Part shown: one piece after another, positions 9,345 to 18,177 of the stretch
Layout of the letters: each line of letters starts with the position of its first letter
Numbering within the stretch: position 1 is the stretch's first letter
NCBI GenBank assembly: GCA_047602405.1
Contig: JASGHJ010000002.1
Coordinates: 2,816,001 to 2,880,000 of the forward strand
DNA length: 64,000 nucleotides
Direction: 5' to 3'
From: Anaeromyxobacteraceae bacterium
Lineage (GTDB): Bacteria; Myxococcota; Myxococcia; Myxococcales; Anaeromyxobacteraceae
Notes under the pieces: model-generated
Seen by the model: only the letters and a program-made list of their open reading frames with translations
What the model was told of the DNA's origin: nothing
The model's database searches: none
Program-made: the position numbers and the translations under genes

Positions 9345-10772
9345 TCAGATGGCCTCGGGCGCCGCCGCGGGCAGCCGCACCGCCACCACCGAGCCGCGCG
9401 CGTCCGCGCTCGCCTCGATGCGGCCGCCGAGCCGGGCGACGGTGTCGTGGCACAGCGAGAGCGCGGCGTCGCCACCACCGAACGCCGAGCCCGCCAGCCG
9501 CGCCCGGTCGTCCTCGGCGAGCGGCACCCCGTCGTCCGCGAGCTCGACCACGATCTCGCTCGCCTCGAGGCGGGCGCCGAGACGCAGCGTGCCCTGCCCG
9601 CCGTCCCCGCCCGCCGCCCGGGCGGCGCGCTGGAGCAGCGTGAGGAAGACGCTCGCGAGGCTGGGCCGGTCGGCGAGCACCGGCGGCAGCGCCGGCACCT
9701 CGCGGACGAGCCGCGCCCGGCCGCGGAGCGCCGGCCCGGTGAGCGTCGCGCAGGCCGCGAGGAGCTCCCCGAGGTCGAGCGCCTCCGTCGTGCCGTCGCC
9801 CCGGGCCACCTGCGAGAGCTGCCGCACGGCGTCGCGGACCCGCTCGGCCGCCTGCCGCGACTCGGCGAGGGCCTCCTGGACGCCCTCGCGATCCATCGGC
9901 CCGGGCGCCCCGAGCTCCCGCTCCAGCCAGGACAGGTTCGCGAGCACGCCCGCGAGCGGGCTGTTCACGTCGTGTGCGACGCCGGCCGCGAGGCTGCCGA
10001 CGCTCGCGAGGAGCGAGGCGTGCGCGAGCTCGCGCTCGGCGCGCACGAGCTGGCCGGTCCGCTCCTCGACCTCCGCCTCGAGCGCCGCGTTGAGCGCCTC
10101 GAGCCGCGCGCGGGCGCGGGCGAGCCCGTCCACCAGCGCCTCGTTCCTGAACCGGAGCGCGAGCGCGGTCCGGAACCGCGTCCCGCTCACGTTCGCGACG
10201 AGCCAGATGACGACCCCGTAGAGGACCGCGAGCGGGATGAGGAAGCGGTCGATCGGGGTCCCCGCGGCGGACATCACCCAGGTGGCCGAGACGACGACCG
10301 GCACCTCGTAGGCCGTGAACGCCGGCATGAAGTCGGCGAGCGTGCCCGCCGCGCCGGCGACGAGCGCGGTGAGGATCGTGTAGACCGCGAGCCGCTCCTC
10401 GAGCGGCGCGCCCGGCAACAGCGCCACCACGCCGCCTGCCCAGAGGAGCCCCGTCGCGAGCGTGCTCCCGATCGCGCGGCGCGCCCAGCGGGCGGCCTCC
10501 CGGTTCCGGTCGGCGCTCCTCCGGTGGACCAGCATCACCGCGAAGCGCACCGAGATGACGAGCCCGAGCGCCGCGAGCCAGGCGACGATGCGCTCCCGGT
10601 CCCCGTGCTCCCAGAGCAGGACCGCCACCGCCCCGGCGCCGGGCACGTTCGTGCCGACCGCGAGCGGCATCTTCGCGTACAGCGCCTCGACCTGGGCCTC
10701 GAGCGTGCGGGCCTCGACCTCCGCGTCGGACGGGCCGTGATCCGCGGTCGGGCTCGGGTGGGTGGAGCTCAC
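9345..10772 (-). CDS. Membrane sensor histidine kinase with a degenerate ATPase domain
   Basis: Multi-TM N-terminus, coiled coil and H-box LAAGVAHDVNSPL. N and G boxes are eroded. Confidence 0.8.
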   Translation of the reverse strand: MSSTHPSPTADHGPSDAEVEARTLEAQVEALYAKMPLAVGTNVPGAGAVAVLLWEHGDRERIVAWLAALGLVISVRFAVMLVHRRSADRNREAARWARRAIGSTLATGLLWAGGVVALLPGAPLEERLAVYTILTALVAGAAGTLADFMPAFTAYEVPVVVSATWVMSAAGTPIDRFLIPLAVLYGVVIWLVANVSGTRFRTALALRFRNEALVDGLARARARLEALNAALEAEVEERTGQLVRAERELAHASLLASVGSLAAGVAHDVNSPLAGVLANLSWLERELGAPGPMDREGVQEALAESRQAAERVRDAVRQLSQVARGDGTTEALDLGELLAACATLTGPALRGRARLVREVPALPPVLADRPSLASVFLTLLQRAARAAGGDGGQGTLRLGARLEASEIVVELADDGVPLAEDDRARLAGSAFGGGDAALSLCHDTVARLGGRIEASADARGSVVAVRLPAAAPEAI

Positions 10773-10857
10773 GTTCTCATGAGACCACGTGCGCGCCGCC
10801 GCGGGCACCCCGTGTGGACGGGCGGGTCGGCGGGGTGGGGCGCCGAGACCCGGCCGA

Positions 10858-11805
10858 CTACCGGTGCAGGGCGACCCGCAGCTCGTCGATCGCCCAGGAC
10901 TCGTCGGAGAGATCCTGGATGCCGGGGCCCTCGACGACGAAGGTCACGGTCAGCGTGGAGGCGGTGTGCGGGATGCCCGAGAACGCCGGGTCGGCCGCGA
11001 GATCGTACGCGCTGTCGGTGTAGTAGCCGTCCGGACCCCCGAACCCGAGGTTGACCCGGCGTGCGAGCTCGACCCCGGCTGGCGGGACGTAGCTCTGGGT
11101 CTGCGCCGCCGTGGCGTTCGCGAAGGACTCCCGGAAGATCGTGGCCCCGTCGACGTCCACGCGGAAGAAGTCGCCCTGCGGGTAGGTCCCGGTGCCGTCG
11201 AGCGAGTCGATCGCGGCGAGGAGGAAGAGCACGTCGATCGCCTGGTGCGAGGGCAGGCCCGCGAGCGTGAGCGTGACGGTGTTGCCAGTCGGGCTCCGGA
11301 GGAAGTGCCCCGCGAACTTCACGGCGCCCCCGAGGCCGGCGTACTGCTGGACGCCCTCGATGGCCGCCACGCCCGGCGCGAGCTCGGGGACGAGCGCGGC
11401 CTCCTCGAAGTCGGTGTGGAAGGCGGTCAGGACGCGGGGCTCGACGGTGAGCGCCGCCGCGGCGCTCGTCGCCGAGCCGCCGGGACCGGTGACGACCGCG
11501 CGCAGGCTCGCGCCGTTCCAGGCGAGCGGGAGCGCCGCGAGCGTGAGCGTGGCCGTCGTCGCGCCGGAGACGACCGCGCCGCTCGCGTCGGGGCCGTCCG
11601 CGAGGTCGGCGCCGTCCCTCTGCCAGCGGAGGGAGGTCACGGTCCCGGCGGGGACGACCGTGAAGGTCGCGCCCGTGAGCTCGAGCGCGGTCGCCGCGGC
11701 CGGGGCCGACACCGTCGGGGCGGGAACGGGCTCCTCCTCGCCGCCGCCTCCGCCGCCCCCGCAGGCGGCGAGCGCCGCCGCGGCCGCGCACGCCAGGACC
11801 CCCAT
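10858..11805 (-). CDS. Lipoprotein with an Ig-like domain and a C-terminal beta-sandwich
   Basis: Lipobox LAAC-GGGG and Ig-like WQRDG...ATLTL...SATSAAAALTV. Confidence 0.7.
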   Translation of the reverse strand: MGVLACAAAAALAACGGGGGGGEEEPVPAPTVSAPAAATALELTGATFTVVPAGTVTSLRWQRDGADLADGPDASGAVVSGATTATLTLAALPLAWNGASLRAVVTGPGGSATSAAAALTVEPRVLTAFHTDFEEAALVPELAPGVAAIEGVQQYAGLGGAVKFAGHFLRSPTGNTVTLTLAGLPSHQAIDVLFLLAAIDSLDGTGTYPQGDFFRVDVDGATIFRESFANATAAQTQSYVPPAGVELARRVNLGFGGPDGYYTDSAYDLAADPAFSGIPHTASTLTVTFVVEGPGIQDLSDESWAIDELRVALHR

Positions 11806-11943
11806 CACCGTCGAACGCCCGCTCTCGCCACACGGCATCGTCTTGTCGACCCTCTCCAGGTGCCCGACCTCTAACAGGGCGGGGTGGCCCAGCCCTGGGC
11901 CACCCCGCGAATACCACCTGGGCCAGTACGGTGCGTTCGGGCC

Positions 11944-13950
11944 TCAGCCCGGTGCCCCACCCCGGTTCCGGAGGATCCGGATCCCGCCCTCGGCGTCGGC
12001 CACCGCGAGGTCGAGCCAGCCGTCCCCGTCGAGGTCGGCCGCGACGACGCGCGACGCACGGACCTCCGCCAGCGTCACGGGCGCCGCGAAGCGGCCGTCG
12101 CCGAGGTTGCGGTGGAACCGCAGCGCGCCGCGGGGGTCGGCCACCACGAGGTCGACGTCGCCGTCGCGATCGAGGTCGGCCGCGGCCACCGCGGTGCCGC
12201 CGGCGCCGACCTCCGCCGGCGGGCCGAAGGCGTCCTGCCCGGCGAGGAGCACGCGCAGGGCGCCACCGGGGCGGACGATCGCGAGGTCGGCGCGCCGGTC
12301 GCCGTCGAGGTCGGCGCAGGCCGCGGCGTCGCCCTCGTTCAGCCCGAGCCCGCCCGCGACCGCGTACGGGGCGAGGAACGAGGGCCCCTGCCCGGGCACG
12401 ATGGCGACCGAGGCGCCGGGCCCCGCGAGCAGCACGACGAGATCCTGCCAGCCCTCCCCCGTCGCGTCGGCGGTGCAGGCCGTCAGGGCCGAGGACAGAT
12501 CGAGCGGCGCGTCCACCAGGAACTGGAAGGTGTCCTCCACGTTCACGCCGTGGAGCTGGGCGTGGAGCGAGAGGTCCCTGCCGCCGCGAACGAGCGCGGA
12601 GAGCTCCACCGGGCCGTCGAGGCCGAAGTCGCCCGTGCCGAGCGCGAGGATTTGGCCCTCGAGCGTGCGCACCTCGGCGAGCCCGGGGCCGCCCGCGGAG
12701 CCGCGGTAGAGGAGCAGCCCGGTCGGGCCGCCCACCACGAGATCCTCGAAGCCGTCGCGGTTGAGGTCGGCCGAGGCGAGCGTGCGTGCGCCCTCGACGG
12801 ACTCGAGGTGGCCCATCGGCGTGAAGGCGCCGTGGCCGTCGTTGAGGAGCAGCGCGACGCCGGCGTGCGACGTCGAGATCGCCGCGAGGTCGAGGTCGCC
12901 GTCGCCGTCCACGTCGGCCGCGGTGAGCGCGGGGGTGTTCTCGGCGCCCGCGTCCACCGCGACCGGCGCCGCGAAGCCGGCCCACGCCGGCGGGGCGGCG
13001 CGGCGCAGCGGGCGCGCGGCGACGTCGTGGAGCAGGTGGTGCGTGAGGTTCTCGACCTCGCCGGTCTCGGGGTCGAGCGCGTGGAGCTCCCAGTCGTGCG
13101 CGACCGCGGCCGCGTACACGATGCGGCCGTCCGGAGACCAGGCCACGTTCGCGAGGCGGTGGTCGAGCGGGAAGAGCCGGTAGCCGGTGCCGTCCGGGCG
13201 GGCGATGCCGATGCCCATCTCGGCGGCGTCGCCGTCGAAGCGCGCCGCCTGGAACGCGAGCCTTGCACCGTCCGGCGACCAGGCCGGCGCGCGCTCGATG
13301 GCGTCGGGGAAGGCCTCCGCGAGCGGCGCGCGCAGGTGGCCGCCGGCGTGGTTCATGAGCCACAGGCGCGTGCGGCCGGTGCGGTTGGAGGAGAACGCGA
13401 TCGTCGCGCCGCCCGGGGACCAGGCCGGGCCGCGATCCGCGACGGTGGCCGGGAGCGGGTCCGGCGTGAGGTTCTCGCGGCCCGAGCCGTCGCGGTTCAT
13501 GACGAGGATGTCCTCGGAGGCCGAGAGGTCGGAGAACGAGACCGCGAGGTGCTGGCCGTCGGGCGACCAGCTGACCTCGTGCACCGCGAAGTCGCCGGTG
13601 AGGAGCGGCGTCAGCGCGCGCGACCACCGATCCATGAGCCACAGGTTCCCGTCGAGCTCCGCGGAGCGGACGAGCGCGAGCGTGCGGCCGTCCGGCGACG
13701 GCACCGCGGCGGCGACCTCCTGCGGGATGCCGACGAACGGCTCCACGCGGCTGCCGTCGGGCGCCATCGTGTACCAGCTCCACGGGCCTCCGGCCTGGAA
13801 CCGCTGCACGAGGAGCTCGACCTCGGCGTGCGGGACCTCGTCGGAGGGCGGCGGCGGGTCGGGCGGCGGCTGCTGCGGGGTGGGCTGCGAGGCCCCATCG
13901 GAGCAGGAGGCGAGGAGCGTGACGGTGAGGGCGGCAAGTGCGGTGCGCAT
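11944..13950 (-). CDS. Lipoprotein with TolB-like PD40 repeats and FG-GAP repeats
   Basis: Lipobox LLASC, repeated WSPDG and repeated ADLDGDG..DL. Confidence 0.85.
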   Translation of the reverse strand: MRTALAALTVTLLASCSDGASQPTPQQPPPDPPPPSDEVPHAEVELLVQRFQAGGPWSWYTMAPDGSRVEPFVGIPQEVAAAVPSPDGRTLALVRSAELDGNLWLMDRWSRALTPLLTGDFAVHEVSWSPDGQHLAVSFSDLSASEDILVMNRDGSGRENLTPDPLPATVADRGPAWSPGGATIAFSSNRTGRTRLWLMNHAGGHLRAPLAEAFPDAIERAPAWSPDGARLAFQAARFDGDAAEMGIGIARPDGTGYRLFPLDHRLANVAWSPDGRIVYAAAVAHDWELHALDPETGEVENLTHHLLHDVAARPLRRAAPPAWAGFAAPVAVDAGAENTPALTAADVDGDGDLDLAAISTSHAGVALLLNDGHGAFTPMGHLESVEGARTLASADLNRDGFEDLVVGGPTGLLLYRGSAGGPGLAEVRTLEGQILALGTGDFGLDGPVELSALVRGGRDLSLHAQLHGVNVEDTFQFLVDAPLDLSSALTACTADATGEGWQDLVVLLAGPGASVAIVPGQGPSFLAPYAVAGGLGLNEGDAAACADLDGDRRADLAIVRPGGALRVLLAGQDAFGPPAEVGAGGTAVAAADLDRDGDVDLVVADPRGALRFHRNLGDGRFAAPVTLAEVRASRVVAADLDGDGWLDLAVADAEGGIRILRNRGGAPG

Positions 13951-14033
13951 GGCGGTCTCCAGTACGTGTGGAGACCGGTGGGGCTCACGGACGTGGGGAC
14001 GCCCCGGGTGGGGGCGGCGACGAGCAGGGCCGC

Positions 14034-14096
14034 GGCCGGCGCAGACATCTGCGCATGGGCGCGGGCTACCGAGGGCCGGCGCAGACGTCTGCGCAT
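14034..14096. promoter_or_regulatory. Two 23-bp direct repeats, 40 bp apart, each containing the palindrome GCGCAGAC(A/G)TCTGCGC
   Basis: Copies at 14034-14056 and 14074-14096. A regulatory role is inferred. Confidence 0.55.
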
Positions 14097-14384
14097 CCAA
14101 CCCTCTCCCGCCCGTCCATCTCCCCCCGTCGAGCGTAGCGGCCGTAAGGCCGCAAAGACGAGGGACGGCCCGGGCCCCAGAGGTCCGCCGTTCGCATCCA
14201 ACCCTCTCCCGCCCGTCCCTCTCCCCCGTCCGTCCCGAGCGTAGCCCCCGCGCAGCGGGGGCGGAGACGAGGGACGGCCGGGCCCCAGAGGTCCGCCGTT
14301 CGCATCCAACCCTCCCCCGTCCGTCCCTCTCCCCCCGTCCGTCCCGAGCGTAGCCCCCGCGCAGCGGGGGCGGAGACGAGGGAC
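14093..14384 (+). repeat. Three tandem ~101-108-bp units, each containing a family 1 REP-like hairpin
   Basis: Units start with GCATCCAACCCTC at 14093, 14194 and 14302. Confidence 0.9.
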
Positions 14385-14468
14385 AGGGGCCCGGGGGCTC
14401 GGATCAGCCCTGAGCCCCAGCCGGATCGCGCGTTCTCACTGTCAGACCGGGGTGGCAGGATCGCGGGC

Positions 14469-16385
14469 ATGGACGCGTGCACGGCCAGCGAGCTCGTCGC
14501 GGCGGCGCTCCCGGAGTTCACTCCGGGTGCCGAGCCGACGGGCGCGGCCGCGACCGTAGCCGCCGCGAACGACGCCGCCCGCGGGGATCCGCTCCGCGAG
14601 CGCTGGGACCTGCACGCGCCGCGCTGGGAGTACCCGTCTTTCACGATGCTCGAGCTTCGAGAGCTGGTCCTCCGCGGCGAGGGCGGCCCGGAGAAGTTCG
14701 AGCGCGCGCTCGCGCAGGCCGCCTGCATGCGCAGCGCGCTCGAGCTCAGCCTCGGCGCGATCTTCGCCACGTTCACGGAGGGTGACCGCCTCGCCCGGCA
14801 GGGGTTCTCGAACCTCGGCGACCTCACCGAGAACCTCTTCGGCGTCCGCCGGCGCGCGGCGCAGGTGGCGGCGCAGCTCGCGAAGGCGCTCCGGGAGAGG
14901 CCTCTGCTGAGGGCCGCTGCGTACGAGGGGCTCGTGACCCCGTCGGCAGCGCTCGCGGTCCTGCCGGTCGCGGCCGGCGACGACGAGGAGCGCTGGGTGG
15001 AGGAGGCGAAGGTCCAGCCGGTCCGGAAGCTGAAGCAGCTCGTGAAGGAGGCCCTGAAGGAGCGGAAGTCGCTGCCGGGGCCGGATGCGGCCGCAGAGCA
15101 GGCGGAGGCCGACGAGGAGCCGTGGGTCCGGCTGCGCGTGCCGATCTCCGACGAGGACCACGCAGATCTCCGCAGCGCCATGGCCCTCGCCGGCGAGCTC
15201 GTCGAGAGCTCGCACCGGCACGTGCAGCTCGAGGCGCTCGCGCAGGAGTACCTGTCGGAGCACCCGGGAGACGAGTCGGTCGCCGCCGAGGCGGAGCGCG
15301 CCGTGGAGCGGCGGCTCCACCCGCTCGACGTCCAGACGAAGCGCGACGCCGCGGAGGCGAAGCTCGAGGCCGAGACCTCCCACTGGGAGGTCCTCGACCC
15401 GGTCCACGCCGTCGCGGCCCTCGACGTCGATCCGAACGCCCTCGCCACGGACGACGAGCTCATGGCGACGGGCCTCGGCATCGCCTCCGAGCTCAAGGCC
15501 TGGGACGACTTCATGGGCTGGTGCTCGGCCGTCGTGAAGGGCACGCACACCCACCGCGAGGCGGGGTTCGCGGACTTCCGGCACTACGCGACCGAGCGCC
15601 TCGGCGTCCCGGCCCGCACCATCGAGACCCGCGCCGCGCTCGAGAAGCACCTCTGGGAGAAGCCGGAGCTCCGGATCGCGAAGGAGATGGGGCTCACCTA
15701 CTCGAAGCTCCTCCTCCTGAAGGAGGTGCCCCAGATCGACCTCCTCAAGATGGCCCAGCGGGCCGAGAAGCTGACCGTGGTGGAGCTGAGGGAGGTCGTG
15801 CAGGCGAAGGCCGACGCGCAGATGTCTGCGCTGAAGTTCTTCGAGGCCCGGGTGCCGCGGAGCGTCGCGGTGCTGCTCGAGCAGGCGTTCCAGGTGTCGC
15901 TGATGAGGCGGGTGCCGAAGGAGCGCCCCGCGGAGGAGTCAGCCCCCTGCGCGGACGGGTGCGAGCACGACGGAACGCACGGGAAGGACAAGGGAACGCC
16001 GAAGCCGCCCGCCGAGCCGCCCGCCGAGCCGCGCCTCGACGGACCCTTCCTCGGCGAGCTCGCCCGCCACTTCATCCAGGCCTGGTGCAACGAGCGCACG
16101 AAGCCGAAGACCGTCTCCCAGAAGCAGCGCGCGAAGTACCGGCGCTGTCAGTTCCCGGGGTGCAGCCGCCGGAGCTGCCAGGGCCACCACATCGAGTTTC
16201 GCAGCCGCGGCGGCTCGGAGGACGACTGGAACCGGATGCCGCTCTGCGCCTACCACCACCTCGTCGTGGTCCACGAGGGCTTCGCCACCATCACGGGCAT
16301 CTTCCCGGAGGCCGTCGAGTTCCGCGTGAACGGCGTCGTCTGGAAGGACGGCCAGTTCGGGAGGAGGCGCAGCGAGCGGGTGTGA
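14469..16385 (+). CDS. HNH endonuclease with a duplicated DUF222-like N-terminal region
   Basis: C-terminal CQFPGC...GHHIEFRSRGG...N...LCAYHH..VH. Two similar GF...LG helical modules. Confidence 0.85.
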   Translation: MDACTASELVAAALPEFTPGAEPTGAAATVAAANDAARGDPLRERWDLHAPRWEYPSFTMLELRELVLRGEGGPEKFERALAQAACMRSALELSLGAIFATFTEGDRLARQGFSNLGDLTENLFGVRRRAAQVAAQLAKALRERPLLRAAAYEGLVTPSAALAVLPVAAGDDEERWVEEAKVQPVRKLKQLVKEALKERKSLPGPDAAAEQAEADEEPWVRLRVPISDEDHADLRSAMALAGELVESSHRHVQLEALAQEYLSEHPGDESVAAEAERAVERRLHPLDVQTKRDAAEAKLEAETSHWEVLDPVHAVAALDVDPNALATDDELMATGLGIASELKAWDDFMGWCSAVVKGTHTHREAGFADFRHYATERLGVPARTIETRAALEKHLWEKPELRIAKEMGLTYSKLLLLKEVPQIDLLKMAQRAEKLTVVELREVVQAKADAQMSALKFFEARVPRSVAVLLEQAFQVSLMRRVPKERPAEESAPCADGCEHDGTHGKDKGTPKPPAEPPAEPRLDGPFLGELARHFIQAWCNERTKPKTVSQKQRAKYRRCQFPGCSRRSCQGHHIEFRSRGGSEDDWNRMPLCAYHHLVVVHEGFATITGIFPEAVEFRVNGVVWKDGQFGRRRSERV

Positions 16386-16454
16386 GGCGACGTGCGGCGC
16401 GGCGCCTCCGCCGCGCCGTCCCGCCCCGCCGCCGTCCCGCCGCCGTCCCGCGGC

Positions 16455-18116
16455 CTACCGCGCGATCGGCTTGTACCGGATGCGCTTCGGCTTCGCGCCC
16501 TCCTCGCCGAGGCGGCGCTTCTTGTCGGCCTCGTACTCCTGGTAGTTGCCGGTGAAGAAGCTCCACTTCGAGTCGCCCTCGCACGCGAGGATGTGCGTGG
16601 CGATGCGATCGAGGAACCAGCGGTCGTGGCTGATGACCATGACCGAGCCGGCGTACTCGAGGAGCGCGTCCTCGAGGGCGCGGAGGGTCTCGACGTCGAG
16701 GTCGTTCGAGGGCTCGTCGAGGAGCAGGAGGTTCCCGCCCGTCATGAGCGTCTTCGCGAGGTGCAGGCGGCCGCGCTCGCCACCCGAGAGCGTGCCGACG
16801 ACCTTCGACTGGTCGGCGCCCTTGAAGTTGAAGCGCGCGATGTAGTTGCGGCTCGGCATGGTGAACTTGCCGACCGTGATCTGGTCGGAGCCGCCGGAGA
16901 GCTCCTCGAAGATGGTCTTCGTGGAGGTGAGGTTCTCGCGGCTCTGGTCGACGAAGGCGAGCTTCACCGACTGGCCGATCTTCACCTCGCCGGAGTCGGG
17001 CTGCTCCTTGCCGGTGATCATCTTGAAGAGCGTCGACTTGCCGGCGCCGTTCGGGCCGATGATGCCGACGATGGCGCCGGGCGGGACGATGAAGCTGAGG
17101 TCGTCGATGAGGAGCCGGTCGCCGAAGCCCTTTGAGACGTTCTTGAACTCCACCACCTGGTCGCCGAGCCGCTCGGCGACCGGGATGAAGATCTCCTGGG
17201 TCTCGTTGCGCCGCTGGTACTCGACCGAGGAGAGCTCCTCGAAGCGGGCGAGGCGGGCCTTCGACTTCGCCTGGCGCGCCTTCGGGTTCTGGCGAACCCA
17301 CTCGAGCTCCTGCTTCATCGCCTTGATGCGGGCCGACTCCTGCTTCTGCTCGAGCTCGAGCCGCTGCTCCTTCTGGTCCAACCACGAGGAGTAGTTGCCC
17401 TTCCAGGGGATGCCCCTGCCGCGGTCGAGCTCGAGGATCCACTCGGCGGCGTTGTCGAGGAAGTAGCGGTCGTGCGTGACGGCGACGACGGTGCCCGGGA
17501 AGCGGGTGAGGAACTGCTCGAGCCACTCGACCGACTCGGCATCGAGGTGGTTCGTGGGCTCGTCGAGGAGCAGCATGTCCGGCTTCGAGAGGAGCAGCTT
17601 CGCGAGCGCGACCCGGCGCTTCTCGCCGCCGGAGAGCACGCCGATCTTCTGGTCCCAGGGCGGGAGGCGGAGCGCGTCGGCGGCGATCTCGAGGGCGGTG
17701 CCGGTGTCCGCGCCGGCGGTCGCGATGACGTGCTCGAGCCGGGCCTGCTCCTCGGCGAGCTTCTCCATGTCGGCGTCGGGGTCGGAGTAGGCCGCGTAGA
17801 CCTCCTCGAGCCGCTTCTGGGCGGCGGCGACGTCACCCTGCGCCGACTCGACCTCCTCGCGGACCGTCCGCTCGGCGTCGAGGACCGGCTCCTGCGGGAG
17901 GTAGCCGATCTTCACGTTCATCCGGGTGATCTCGCCGGAGTACGCGTCGTCCACGCCCGCCATGAGCCGGAGCACCGTGGACTTGCCCGCGCCGTTCAGG
18001 CCGAGGAGGCCGATCTTGGCGCCCTGGAAGAACGACAGGGAGATGTCCTTGATGATCTCGCGCTTGGGCGGGACGATCTTGGACACCCGGATCATCGACA
18101 TCACGTACTGGGGCAT
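16455..18116 (-). CDS. ettA: Energy-dependent translational throttle EttA (ABC-F)
   Basis: Two ABC domains (GLNGAGKST, LSGGE, LDEP) and linker ELEWVRQNPKARQAKSKARL. Confidence 0.95.
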   Translation of the reverse strand: MPQYVMSMIRVSKIVPPKREIIKDISLSFFQGAKIGLLGLNGAGKSTVLRLMAGVDDAYSGEITRMNVKIGYLPQEPVLDAERTVREEVESAQGDVAAAQKRLEEVYAAYSDPDADMEKLAEEQARLEHVIATAGADTGTALEIAADALRLPPWDQKIGVLSGGEKRRVALAKLLLSKPDMLLLDEPTNHLDAESVEWLEQFLTRFPGTVVAVTHDRYFLDNAAEWILELDRGRGIPWKGNYSSWLDQKEQRLELEQKQESARIKAMKQELEWVRQNPKARQAKSKARLARFEELSSVEYQRRNETQEIFIPVAERLGDQVVEFKNVSKGFGDRLLIDDLSFIVPPGAIVGIIGPNGAGKSTLFKMITGKEQPDSGEVKIGQSVKLAFVDQSRENLTSTKTIFEELSGGSDQITVGKFTMPSRNYIARFNFKGADQSKVVGTLSGGERGRLHLAKTLMTGGNLLLLDEPSNDLDVETLRALEDALLEYAGSVMVISHDRWFLDRIATHILACEGDSKWSFFTGNYQEYEADKKRRLGEEGAKPKRIRYKPIAR

Positions 18117-18177
18117 CGGCGGCGGTTCCTCTCGGGAGGGTGCGGCGACGCAGCGAGCGGGCTGCGGGGGGCGGAAT

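Noticed and set aside
14093..14384. CRISPR array
   Set aside because: The units are ~105 bp and nearly identical throughout. There are no unique spacers and no cas genes.
16005..16028. 12-bp tandem repeat (PPAE x2) in the HNH gene
   Set aside because: An ordinary low-complexity linker duplication.
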